Shown: piece by piece, positions 1 to 8,425 of the stretch
How the letters are laid out: each line of letters begins with the position of its first letter
How positions within the stretch are numbered: the stretch's first letter is position 1
IMG/VR virus record: IMGVR_UViG_3300010167_000036
Span: 1 to 39,507 of that record
Source of the DNA: a virus
Direction: 5' to 3' (one strand)
Length of the DNA stretch: 39,507 nt
Translations under genes and position numbers: made by a program
The notes under the pieces: generated by a model
What the model was told of the DNA's origin: nothing
Database searches by the model: none
The model's input: only the letters and a program-made list of their open reading frames with translations

Positions 1-33
1 CTTGGCGGAGTCGCAGCACGCCGGACGCCGTGT

Positions 34-62
34 GCTGCCAGCCCAAGTCCTCTGCTGGCAGC
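34..62. repeat. perfect 9-bp inverted repeat (GCTGCCAGC / GCTGGCAGC, 11-nt loop)
   Basis: Arms 34-42 and 54-62 are exact reverse complements. Confidence 0.6.
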
Positions 63-88
63 CACGGCACCTTTATTCGTGGGATCGT

Positions 89-165
89 GGCCCGGTCGTC
101 TAGCCAGGTTATGACAGCGGTGGCTCCATACGCCGAAAAACTGGGTTCAAATCTCAGCCGGGTTA
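89..165 (+). tRNA. atypical or degenerate tRNA-like element, possibly CCA (Trp) anticodon
   Basis: Acceptor GGCCCGG/CCGGGTT, D-arm GTCTAG...GAC, anticodon-like stem CGGTG/CGCCG with 8-nt loop GCTCCATA, T-arm CTGGG-TTCAAAT-CTCAG. One extra nucleotide before the anticodon stem and two G-T pairs at the acceptor end. Confidence 0.42.
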
Positions 166-455
166 CGATCCTCCTTTCTCAGAATCCGACATGTTCCGGT
201 TATCGCCTATCGGGGAAATCCCGTGCGGTAACGGACTCGAAAGCGGGCCCCGAAGGTCCTAGGCCGCGCCATGAACTTGTGCGACACGGGACATCGAAGC
301 CAAGTGTAGCTGTCTCGTCGAACATGGCCGGGGCCCCTATTACTCTGACCGCTCCGAAGCCAGCCTCGGAGTGCGTCAACGCCTGGCGCGGTGGTCATAC
401 CCCCGCCGCCGCCCCGGCCATTTTTTCGAACATTTCCTTGCCAGCGGAATTAGCC

Positions 456-665
456 ATGACGGCCACCGAACACTATGAATGCACGGAGTGTGGACACCGC
501 TGCACCGACGACACGATGGAGTTTCGCCGCACACTGGATGGTCGAGCCGGACACATCGACGACTGGATTCCTGATGAGTTCGTTAGCCGATGCCCCGGTT
601 GCGGCAGCGAAGACACGTACTGCGAAGTCAAGGAAACGGATGAGGATGAGGAGGTGGACGAATGA
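456..665 (+). CDS. small acidic zinc-ribbon protein
   Basis: In-frame ATG at 456 inside ORF 30..665; CTECGHRC...CPGCGSEDTYC. The upstream part of the ORF overlaps the tRNA-like element and is probably not coding. Confidence 0.6.
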   Translation: MTATEHYECTECGHRCTDDTMEFRRTLDGRAGHIDDWIPDEFVSRCPGCGSEDTYCEVKETDEDEEVDE

Positions 666-916
666 AATACCACACGCTTCAAGAGGCGGGCGAGATTCTG
701 GGCGTTTCGTGGAAACGGGTTCGCCAGTGGGTGCGAAACGGAGAGCTTTCCGCCATTAACGTCAGCACGAACCGGCGCAGCAAAAAACCGCAGTTCCGAG
801 TGTCCATCGAGGCTATTGAGCAGTTCGAAATGAATCGCAGCGTCGATCCGCCGGTCGCACGATTCCGTCGCGTACGAACTCGTGGTGAATACGTCCCGAA
901 AATTCTGACCGCGTGA
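662..916 (+). CDS. excisionase/MerR-like helix-turn-helix DNA-binding protein
   Basis: MKYHTLQEAGEILGVSWKRVRQWVRNGELSAINVSTNRRSKKPQFRVSIEAIEQF is typical of the excisionase-family HTH; ATGA overlap with the previous ORF. Confidence 0.75.
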   Translation: MKYHTLQEAGEILGVSWKRVRQWVRNGELSAINVSTNRRSKKPQFRVSIEAIEQFEMNRSVDPPVARFRRVRTRGEYVPKILTA

Positions 917-959
917 GCTATCCCACTGCGTGGCGGCGAATGAAGAACAGGAGTCTGAT

Positions 960-1289
960 ATGGATGACAAGCAAACAACCAAGAATCGCGAACTGGACCA
1001 TAGCCACATCGCCATACAGGTTCGACCGGCACACGTCGATATTTGTGCCGTAACCGATCCTGCCGATCATGCGAAGGTCATGCAAGGCGCTGGCTACTCA
1101 CCGTATCAGTACGTTCCCACTCGCGTCGCACTGGCCGCGAATGATCTTCTGGCGGCAGCAAAACAGATGGTAGCGAACCTGGACGAGTGGCTGGTTAATC
1201 CAGAACACACTGCCACGGCGGAGCAATCCAAACACCTGTATGAATCGCTCGTGAACGCCATCGCAAAGGCGGAAGGACGTGCGAAATGA
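960..1289 (+). CDS. hypothetical phage protein
   Basis: ORF with GGAG upstream of ATG 960; ATGA overlap with the next ORF. Confidence 0.55.
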   Translation: MDDKQTTKNRELDHSHIAIQVRPAHVDICAVTDPADHAKVMQGAGYSPYQYVPTRVALAANDLLAAAKQMVANLDEWLVNPEHTATAEQSKHLYESLVNAIAKAEGRAK

Positions 1290-1612
1290 CCACAGCCACC
1301 GCTGAATGCGTTGAAATCCGCCACACGGCGATGTGCCAGGTGAGGCGTCAAGACAACGCCCGCATGTACCAATCCGCTCTTGAACTGGTGCGGACGGGAT
1401 TCAACGACGAGACGAAGCGGATTCTGCTGCATATCGCGACGGCGGAAAAACGCGAAGACTTGGCCGAATTCGTCCGTGAAATGCCGGATGGTTTACACGG
1501 AGACGGATTGGATGCGATGCACGCGAATCATCAACTTTCGTGGTTCATCGAGAGCGAAGCGCGGCGGCTGAATGAATGCCTGAGAACGTGCTGCAAAGGG
1601 AGTCACGAATGA
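1286..1612 (+). CDS. hypothetical protein
   Basis: ORF overlapping its neighbours by ATGA at both ends. Confidence 0.6.
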   Translation: MTTATAECVEIRHTAMCQVRRQDNARMYQSALELVRTGFNDETKRILLHIATAEKREDLAEFVREMPDGLHGDGLDAMHANHQLSWFIESEARRLNECLRTCCKGSHE

Positions 1613-1734
1613 CGGCCAGCACAAAGCATGTCCTGAAAGTCGTTTCCGGTGTGCTGTTCTTCGTGATGCTTCAGTGTGTGTTCTGGTACGTGGTCGTTAT
1701 GGAGTTCATCCGACAAGTTCTTGAATGCGAATAG
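1609..1734 (+). CDS. 41-aa single-span membrane protein
   Basis: Manually read: MTASTKHVLKVVSGVLFFVMLQCVFWYVVVMEFIRQVLECE*. ATGA overlap with 1286..1612. Absent from the supplied ORF track (below its size cutoff). Confidence 0.5.
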   Translation: MTASTKHVLKVVSGVLFFVMLQCVFWYVVVMEFIRQVLECE

Positions 1735-1770
1735 CCGAAATTTCTCGGAAAACCAACAAAGGAGTCTGAC

Positions 1771-2958
1771 ATGACGGAACAAGGGACAGTGGATGTTGAG
1801 CAGGATGTAGCGGTTGAAACACAGCAGCCGATTGGATTGATCGACGACGCGACGCCGATGGGCCGCGTGTTCGTGATGCAGTTTCCCGACGCGAAGGACA
1901 CGATGACGCTGATCGGACGCGACGGCGACACGCTCACCTTCCAGTATGGCGACGGTGGACAGCACGAAGTCACGGTCAACGGATGGAACGAAGAAGGAAA
2001 CGCGGACGGAAACGCGAGCATGGTCATCGGCTATGCCGATCCTGACGGTACGAAGGTCGGATACGACCCAAATACGGAAGATGTACAAACCGAAGCGGAC
2101 GAGGATGACGACGAGGATGCTGACGACGAACCCGCAGCGGCGGAAACACCGGCGGCGCCAACGCCGAAACCGACAGCGTTGACGAAGGAAATTCCGGCGG
2201 AGATGCTGGCCAATCTGAAAGCCGCACGTGAAGACCTGGCTCTCGCGTCGCACGATCATCACATCGCGTCGGAAGATGCAAAAGCGAAGAAGAAGCGCGT
2301 GGAGGTGGCGCAGGCCCGCTACAACGCCGCCGGCGACGCCATCGTGAACCACCTGTCGCCGCTGCCGCTTCCGCTGGTGAAAGAAATCGAAAAGGCGAAG
2401 GCCGAGTCAACCGACACGGTGGCAACCGCCACATCCACAAACGAAAAAGGTACAACAGACAGCCTCCACGCAGTGGACGATGACGCCTGGCGGACGGTTC
2501 GGTTGGACAGCCTGTCCAGTCCGGCGATTGGTTCACGGACCTTGAAGGCACTGTCCGAGCATGAGCCGCCAATTCTCACGATGGGTGACTTTTCTGCATG
2601 GCAGGAGAAAAAGAAGGACTTCTGGGCCACGGACATCAAGGACATCGGCGAGAAAGGAAAGAACGAGATCGAGGAAGCGACGATGGCGTTCTGGGAGCGT
2701 CGAGACAAGGAAAAATCCGCGAAGCCAACGTCAACGTTTCCGACTCCAGCCAGCCTGATTGAGGGCGACGGCCAGTGTGACGGCTCGTGCGGATGGGAAG
2801 ATTTCGCCAAGGAACTTGAAGCCCTGCTGGAGGACGATGCGTTCGAAAAAGCGCATGAGTTCTTCTCCGAAGTCCTCTACTGGGTCGAGGAAAACCAGCA
2901 CTGCACGCGGAAACAAAAGCAGGCCGTCGAGAACATCAAAAACGCCTGGCACGTCTAG
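1771..2958 (+). CDS. hypothetical acidic, coiled-coil-rich protein
   Basis: Long ORF, AGGAG-like site upstream, D/E-rich low-complexity stretch (EADEDDDEDADDEPAAAETPAAP). Confidence 0.7.
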   Translation: MTEQGTVDVEQDVAVETQQPIGLIDDATPMGRVFVMQFPDAKDTMTLIGRDGDTLTFQYGDGGQHEVTVNGWNEEGNADGNASMVIGYADPDGTKVGYDPNTEDVQTEADEDDDEDADDEPAAAETPAAPTPKPTALTKEIPAEMLANLKAAREDLALASHDHHIASEDAKAKKKRVEVAQARYNAAGDAIVNHLSPLPLPLVKEIEKAKAESTDTVATATSTNEKGTTDSLHAVDDDAWRTVRLDSLSSPAIGSRTLKALSEHEPPILTMGDFSAWQEKKKDFWATDIKDIGEKGKNEIEEATMAFWERRDKEKSAKPTSTFPTPASLIEGDGQCDGSCGWEDFAKELEALLEDDAFEKAHEFFSEVLYWVEENQHCTRKQKQAVENIKNAWHV

Positions 2959-2959
2959 C

Positions 2960-2993
2960 CCACTGCGTGGGGGCTGTAAAAACCACTGCGTGG
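2960..2993. repeat. tandem direct repeat of palindromic CCACTGCGTGG followed by SGGCTGTAAA
   Basis: CCACTGCGTGGGGGCTGTAAA and CCACTGCGTGGCGGCTGTAAA between the 2958 stop and the tRNA. Confidence 0.7.
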
Positions 2994-3065
2994 CGGCTGT
3001 AAACACGAAACGGCCATCGGGTCGCCACCGAAGCATGGCACACAAGCCGGTTCGCAACCGGCGAC

Positions 3066-3137
3066 GCGGATGTAGCTCAATCGGCAGAGCACCGGATTTC
3101 CGATCCGGGTATGTGGGTTCAAGTCCCGCCGTCCGCT
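3066..3137 (+). tRNA. tRNA-Gly(TCC)
   Basis: Full cloverleaf: acceptor GCGGATG/CGTCCGC, D-stem GCTC/GAGC, anticodon stem CCGGA/TCCGG with loop TTTCCGA (anticodon TCC), T-arm GTGGG-TTCAAGT-CCCGC. No encoded CCA. Confidence 0.93.
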
Positions 3138-3151
3138 GTAAGGAGAACACA

Positions 3152-4024
3152 ATGCCGTTTACGGGAAAGACTGAAGGTTACGATTCGTACTGGCCGGATG
3201 ATTGTGATGACCTGTCGGACATTGTTGGCGTCGTCAGTCCGTACGAGACGCCGCTGCTGTGTCACATTGGCGACGCAGACAGTGCGTTGAATTCCTGTAC
3301 GACCTCGATCATTCACGAGTGGATGGATGAGGACAAATTCAAGAAAAACCTGATCCAACGATTCACCGCGTCCGTTCGCGTGTCAAAGAATGTTCTGGCC
3401 GCTCGTAATCTTGCCCTCTGCGACGAACTGGATTACCAGAAGCAGGAGCGATTGCGTGAGTTGCTCCGAGACCTTGAGGCGACAGTCTTAATCGGAAAGG
3501 CCACGACGACGTGGGATCAAGACAAAGGCGAAATTCGCGGCACGATGAACGGCATCATTCCGATGCTTAAATGGAACGTGTTTCATCCTGGGTTCAACGG
3601 GTTTCCCAGCGATAGGGTACTGACCGAACAACAACTCGACGGCGCGATCAGGAGAATCTACGAAACGTCCGGTTCGACCGTGGACACCATTGTTGTCAAC
3701 GGGTTCCATAAGCGTCAGATCAACAAAATCATCGCCGATTCGGGATACAGCACCGCACACGCACCGAATCCGCTCATGGTGTACGAGAACAATTTCGGCG
3801 TCTTCCGTGTCGTTCTTGCCCGCGCCATGCCGTCCGACAGCGTTCTGCTGCTGGATTCCCGGCTCGTCCATGTGATCCCGGTGGCCGTTCGAAGTTTCCA
3901 CTACAAGCGCATGAATTCCACGGACGAATACGAAGCCGGCGAGATTTCCGGCGAGTACACGGTCGAACTCCGAAACGAGAAAGCCCACGGACTCATCACG
4001 GGGTTGGCGGATAAGGGAGACTGA
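3152..4024 (+). CDS. DUF5309 / SU10-type major capsid homologue
   Basis: Start ATG 3152 with AGGAG at 3141-3145. Family-like segments: DLSDIVGVVSPYETPLLCHIG, LRELLRDLEATVLIGKA, IRGTMNGIIP, TSGSTVDTIVVNGFHKRQINKI, FGVFRVVLARAMPSDSVLLLD, ISGEYTVELRNEKAHGLI. Confidence 0.7.
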   Translation: MPFTGKTEGYDSYWPDDCDDLSDIVGVVSPYETPLLCHIGDADSALNSCTTSIIHEWMDEDKFKKNLIQRFTASVRVSKNVLAARNLALCDELDYQKQERLRELLRDLEATVLIGKATTTWDQDKGEIRGTMNGIIPMLKWNVFHPGFNGFPSDRVLTEQQLDGAIRRIYETSGSTVDTIVVNGFHKRQINKIIADSGYSTAHAPNPLMVYENNFGVFRVVLARAMPSDSVLLLDSRLVHVIPVAVRSFHYKRMNSTDEYEAGEISGEYTVELRNEKAHGLITGLADKGD

Positions 4025-4026
4025 CC

Positions 4027-4905
4027 ATGACCACCGCAAGGCCGACCTGTACGTATGAGCATGTGGACGCGATGACGGCCAACAAAGGCTGGTTCCAGAA
4101 TCAGCTTTGGACGCTCGAATCGGCCATCAATGGCCGGTGGAGTTACTGGCTCGCGATCTGCATGAACAACAGCATTGGCAGCGGGCCGGAGTGGGCGATT
4201 CCGCAGTTGGATTTCTCGTCGGACGAAGGTAGTCAACCCAAGTGCGGGAAATTCGCGGAGCACATCGGGAGTCCGTCTTCGGCAAAAAGCCACGCCTTGG
4301 ACATCTTCCGCCGGGCACAGGATTTCGGAAGCAACCACCTCCAGCAGCTTGTGGACTGGTGGCTGTGGGGATTCGGATCGCCACGAATCGAACAGCGTCC
4401 ACGGATGAGTCCGCGCGGGGCCGTGATCCTCTACAACGAGTTCGAATTGCACCGGATGATCGGAAACCCGGCGGACTGGGGCGCGACGATCACCGCCGAC
4501 ATCCTCGGCGGCGCCAAGAGCGGAACGGCCTGGTTCCCGACGCCGATGTGCATGGTCCGCATGATGACCGAATTGATGTTCGGCTCCGAGGACCGCGACA
4601 CGAGATTGCTCAGCGTCAACGAACCGTGCGTCGGGACGGGCGGTTTCCTGCTGGAGGCGAGCAACTACAGCCTCGATTTGTCCTGTCAGGACATCGACCC
4701 GCTGATGGTGTCGTGGACGGAGTTCGCCGGGTGGCTGTTCATCCCGTGGCTCGTATGGGGCCGCAAAAGTCTGATCCGCGAATTCCGCGAGGCCCGTGAC
4801 CAAGACATGATTCACCGACTCGATGCGATGACGACGCCAGAGCCGGCAGCAGCAACAACGTGTGCGAAACAAGGATTTTTGTTTGATCTTCAACCCGTGG
4901 AGTAA
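4027..4905 (+). CDS. N6-adenine methyltransferase-like protein lacking the catalytic (D/N)PP(Y/F) motif
   Basis: TAWFPTPMCMVRMM (motif X-like), NEPCVGTGGFLLEA (motif I), QDIDPLMV (motif II-like). ORF ends about 60 aa later with no NPPY. Confidence 0.65.
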   Translation: MTTARPTCTYEHVDAMTANKGWFQNQLWTLESAINGRWSYWLAICMNNSIGSGPEWAIPQLDFSSDEGSQPKCGKFAEHIGSPSSAKSHALDIFRRAQDFGSNHLQQLVDWWLWGFGSPRIEQRPRMSPRGAVILYNEFELHRMIGNPADWGATITADILGGAKSGTAWFPTPMCMVRMMTELMFGSEDRDTRLLSVNEPCVGTGGFLLEASNYSLDLSCQDIDPLMVSWTEFAGWLFIPWLVWGRKSLIREFREARDQDMIHRLDAMTTPEPAAATTCAKQGFLFDLQPVE

Positions 4906-4908
4906 CCC

Positions 4909-5778
4909 ATGCCAATCACAGCAAAACAACGCGAAGAACGAAAAGGACACATCGGCAGCAGTGACGTAGCGGCGATCCTCGGGTGCGACCCGTGGCGTAA
5001 CATCTACGACCTGTATCTGGAGAAGACCGGCAAGCTGACCGACGACAACCGCGACGACATGCGGATGGAGGCCGGGAATCTGCTGGAGGAACCCGTCCTG
5101 AAGTTGGCCAGCAAGTCACTCGGCGAATTGCTGATCGGGCCTCCAACCCGCGTGATGGCCGATTGTCCAATCATCCGCGTCAACACGGACGCCCTGGTGA
5201 AAGGCACCGACGATCCCGTGGAGGCCAAGACGCACGGCCTGTTCAGCCCAAGCAATGACAATGACTGGGGCGAGGAAGGCACCGACCAGGTTCCCGAGCG
5301 CGTCATCGTCCAGTGCCACGCCCACATGATGGCGTGGGGTCGCGACGTGTGCCATGTCCCCGTTCTCATCGGACACCGAGGCCTGTGCCTCTACACTGTG
5401 CCCCGCAGTCGCGAACTGTCTGATTTGATCGTCGAGCGTGTGGACGAATTCTGGCGGATGAACGTGCTGGCCGACACGCCGCCGGAGAATGTTCAACCGC
5501 ACCCGGCAATCGTCACGAGAATGCGGCGAATTCCCGGAAAAGTCGCCGACGTGTCCCCCGAACTCGTACAGCGCTGGCTCGAATCCAAAGAGGCGTACAG
5601 CGTGGCGGATAAGGCACGCAAAGCGGTCGAGTTGGAACTGAAAGCCGCACTCGGCGACGCCGAAGCGGCACTGTGCGGCGAACTTGGCGCCGTCACTTGG
5701 TACGAATCGCCGCGAAAAGGGTACGTCGTCGAAGACGGCGTGCAGCGACGCCTGACGCATCGGCCCAAAGGGCTGTAA
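4909..5778 (+). CDS. YqaJ-like viral recombinase/exonuclease
   Basis: RKGHIGSSDVAAILGCDPWRNIYDLYLEKTG, then VEAKT core; typical YqaJ fold signature. Confidence 0.85.
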   Translation: MPITAKQREERKGHIGSSDVAAILGCDPWRNIYDLYLEKTGKLTDDNRDDMRMEAGNLLEEPVLKLASKSLGELLIGPPTRVMADCPIIRVNTDALVKGTDDPVEAKTHGLFSPSNDNDWGEEGTDQVPERVIVQCHAHMMAWGRDVCHVPVLIGHRGLCLYTVPRSRELSDLIVERVDEFWRMNVLADTPPENVQPHPAIVTRMRRIPGKVADVSPELVQRWLESKEAYSVADKARKAVELELKAALGDAEAALCGELGAVTWYESPRKGYVVEDGVQRRLTHRPKGL

Positions 5779-5783
5779 TGACG

Positions 5784-5813
5784 AGCCAGCAGCCAATAGC
5801 CAGTAGCCAATAG
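5784..5813. repeat. heptamer tandem array AGCCAGC/AGCCAAT/AGCCAGT/AGCCAAT
   Basis: Four consecutive 7-nt AGCCANN units in the intergenic gap. Confidence 0.8.
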
Positions 5814-5837
5814 GTATTCGAGTTCCGGTTACGAAAA

Positions 5838-5868
5838 CGAGTCACGAGTTAACGAGTTAACGAGTCAA
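5838..5868. repeat. tandem CGAGTTAA-type 7/8-mers
   Basis: CGAGTCA-CGAGTTAA-CGAGTTAA-CGAGTCAA. Confidence 0.8.
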
Positions 5869-5889
5869 CGAAAGAAAGGATTTTGAGCC

Positions 5890-6819
5890 ATGACGCAACA
5901 AGACATCGTACATCAGCCGAATGGGTTTACCGAACTGGCCGAACGCCCGCAAGGCGGTCAGAGCATGATCGAGGTCGCCTCCGCGAGGGCCGCTCAGGAG
6001 GTGCAGGCTGCCATGATTATCGCCAAGCGGTTCCCTCGCGACGAAACGCAGTCGTACACGCGGATCATGCACGCCTGTCGTCGTAAGACGCTGGCCGATC
6101 ATGCGATGTACGCCTACCCGCGAGGCGGAACGTTGGTGACAGGTCCCTCGATCCGCCTGGCGGAGGTGCTGGCGCAGTCGTGGGGCAACCTGGACTGCGG
6201 CATCGTCGAAGTGGAGCAACGTAACGGCGAGTCCACCATGATGGCGTACGCATGGGACCTTGAGACGAACGCCCGCAAAACCACGACGTTCCAGGTGCGC
6301 CATGAGCGCGTCAGCGGGAAAGGCAACAACCAGAGGACAACGAAACTCACCGACCCGCGTGACATCTACGAGATGTGTGCCAACCAGGGCGCCCGGAGGC
6401 TTCGCGGCTGCATCCTCGGCGTGATTCCCGGCGACATCGTGGAGGCGGCCATCAACGAGTGTGAAAAGACGCTCGCCGGCAACAACACGGCCCCGATTGC
6501 CGACCGCGCCCGGGCGATGGTCGTCGCCTTCAGCGAATTGGGCGTGACCAAGGAGATGATCGAACGTCGGATCGGCCACAAGCTGGAAACGATCATCGAA
6601 ACCGAGATGGTCAACCTTCGAAAAATCTACTCCAGCATCAAAGACGGAATGGCCCCGCGTGAGAGCTTCTTCCCGCTGGACGATCCGGCTGCCGATTCCG
6701 GCAAGACTCGTACGGAGGCTTTGACGGATAAGGTGAAATCGAATAAGCAGCCGCCGAGTGAACCGCCATCCGATACGCAAACCAACGCTCCCGCTGCGGA
6801 CGCGCCGCCGGCGGAATAA
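5890..6819 (+). CDS. putative phage recombination/annealing partner protein
   Basis: Directly follows the YqaJ-like nuclease. Conserved-looking GPSIRLAEVLAQSWGN...DPRDIYEMCANQGARRLRGCILGVIPGDIVEAA; function from synteny. Confidence 0.5.
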   Translation: MTQQDIVHQPNGFTELAERPQGGQSMIEVASARAAQEVQAAMIIAKRFPRDETQSYTRIMHACRRKTLADHAMYAYPRGGTLVTGPSIRLAEVLAQSWGNLDCGIVEVEQRNGESTMMAYAWDLETNARKTTTFQVRHERVSGKGNNQRTTKLTDPRDIYEMCANQGARRLRGCILGVIPGDIVEAAINECEKTLAGNNTAPIADRARAMVVAFSELGVTKEMIERRIGHKLETIIETEMVNLRKIYSSIKDGMAPRESFFPLDDPAADSGKTRTEALTDKVKSNKQPPSEPPSDTQTNAPAADAPPAE

Positions 6820-6853
6820 GCACACATCGAGTTTGAAGCGAAAGGTGAGAGTA

Positions 6854-7318
6854 ATGGACCTGTTGAACATTGTGATTGCTGTTGTCGTTGTGATGTTGAT
6901 CGCGTTTTTCGTCATTGAGATTAGGCAAATAATCGAACTGCGAAACGCACGGAAAGCAGTGAATCGCGAAAGAAGTATCAACGACGAACTGAAACGCATG
7001 GATGTGGAATTACAGGAGAGTAACACATGGCAACCAGAAGACTCCAAGCCGTCCAGTGCTGCCTCGGATGCGGGCGAGACACAATCGGCGACTACTGCTC
7101 ACAGTGCATCGGACGTCCCGAGCGGGACATGCGAAACGTGCGAGGGCGAAAACAGCGGAGAACGATCGTCACTCACGAGGTCGGAAATTCGAGGAAGTCG
7201 CGACGGAAGCGCATCCGATCAGCGAAGCGATTTCCAACATTCCGCCCGTGGAGGAAACTGCCGCCGCGCCGACGGACGCAGAGTCCACGAACCTGACAGA
7301 CCTGAAAGAGCCGTCTGA
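6854..7318 (+). CDS. hypothetical membrane-anchored protein (C-terminal frame uncertain)
   Basis: N-terminal transmembrane helix NIVIAVVVVMLIAFFVIEIRQII; all three forward frames are open downstream of about 7027. Confidence 0.45.
   Translation: MDLLNIVIAVVVVMLIAFFVIEIRQIIELRNARKAVNRERSINDELKRMDVELQESNTWQPEDSKPSSAASDAGETQSATTAHSASDVPSGTCETCEGENSGERSSLTRSEIRGSRDGSASDQRSDFQHSARGGNCRRADGRRVHEPDRPERAV
7027..7296 (+). CDS. possible small zinc-binding protein overlapping 6854..7318
   Basis: GGAGAG upstream of ATG 7027; CCLGCGRDTIGDYCSQC. Might continue by frame change into the acidic frame ending at 7343. Confidence 0.35.
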   Translation: MATRRLQAVQCCLGCGRDTIGDYCSQCIGRPERDMRNVRGRKQRRTIVTHEVGNSRKSRRKRIRSAKRFPTFRPWRKLPPRRRTQSPRT

Positions 7319-7459
7319 TGTTTCGAACGACTCGCAGGAATAACACAACGTGCGACGGTGGCCACGGCAGAGCGTGGTGTGCAGATTGGAGAGCCTGCAC
7401 CTTACCGCAAGTCGGGATCGAACCCGACCGTCGCAGTCAACGAAAACAAGGACGTTTCA

Positions 7460-8425
7460 ATGACGAGTCTCCCGAACATTATTGATGAAGCCGAAGAAGG
7501 AATGGTCTGTATTCCGTATCCAACCGACGACATGCCGGTTACGGCCATCGCCCCGTGGTTTGGCGGGAAGCGAAAACTCGCGCCACGCATCATCGCGGAG
7601 ATTGGCGATCATGTCAGGTATTGGGAGCCGTTCGTTGGTGGATTTCCCGTTGTGCTGGTGAAGCCGCCTTGTTCTATGGAAACGGTAAACGATCTACACA
7701 AGCTCGTTGTCAACCTGGCCCGCGTCATTTGTGACCCGGAGATGGGGCCTGCTCTGTATAAGATGCTGCGCCGCACGCTGAGGTGTGAGGATGTGTTTCG
7801 AAATTCCGACAGGATCATCCGTGACTTCGAATGCAGTTCCTACGAGATTACGAAGACAAGCGTTTATCTTGCCTACCACTATTTCATCGTGTCTTGGCTG
7901 GGCCGAAACGGAACAATGGGATTGCCGAAAAACCACAACGGCGCGTACTGCGCTCGGTACACCGGCAAAGGTGGCCATTCGGCCAAGCGATTCCGTTCCG
8001 CGATTTCGTCGATGCTGGCCTGGCGGAAACGGCTTGAGGGCGTCACGGTCCTCAATCGCGACGGCTTCGAGCTGCTCGAACGCATCGAGGACGCACCGGG
8101 CACAGCCATCTACTGCGACCCGCCGTACCTGGTGAAGGGCGCGAAGTACCTTCACGATTTTGCGGCCGGCGACCATGACCGATTGTCCGGCCTGTTGTCG
8201 CGGTTCAAGCAATCCCGCGTCGTAGTCAGCTACTACGACGATCCGCGTCTGGACACGCTCTACCCCGGATGGACCAAGGTGAAAATCGAAGTCAGCAAGT
8301 CTCTGACGCTCAGCAACGGCCCTAGCAGCGTTGCCAAGAAGGCTATCGAAGTTCTGCTCATCAACGGACCGTCCTACACCAATGAAGCGGCCATGCCGCT
8401 CATGGAGGAAGCCAATGACCAGTAA
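7460..8425 (+). CDS. dam: DNA adenine methylase (Dam family)
   Basis: APWFGGKRKLAPRIIAEIG ... YWEPFVGG ... TAIYCDPPYL (DPPY motif). Confidence 0.9.
   Translation: MTSLPNIIDEAEEGMVCIPYPTDDMPVTAIAPWFGGKRKLAPRIIAEIGDHVRYWEPFVGGFPVVLVKPPCSMETVNDLHKLVVNLARVICDPEMGPALYKMLRRTLRCEDVFRNSDRIIRDFECSSYEITKTSVYLAYHYFIVSWLGRNGTMGLPKNHNGAYCARYTGKGGHSAKRFRSAISSMLAWRKRLEGVTVLNRDGFELLERIEDAPGTAIYCDPPYLVKGAKYLHDFAAGDHDRLSGLLSRFKQSRVVVSYYDDPRLDTLYPGWTKVKIEVSKSLTLSNGPSSVAKKAIEVLLINGPSYTNEAAMPLMEEANDQ

Noticed and set aside
30-455. Upstream part of ORF 30..665
   Set aside because: It crosses the tRNA-like element and has no protein-like character; the zinc-ribbon part starts cleanly at ATG 456.
2759-3151. N-terminal extension of ORF 2759..4024
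   Set aside because: It overlaps the well-supported 1771..2958 gene and runs through the tRNA-Gly gene; the capsid-like product starts at ATG 3152 with its own AGGAG.
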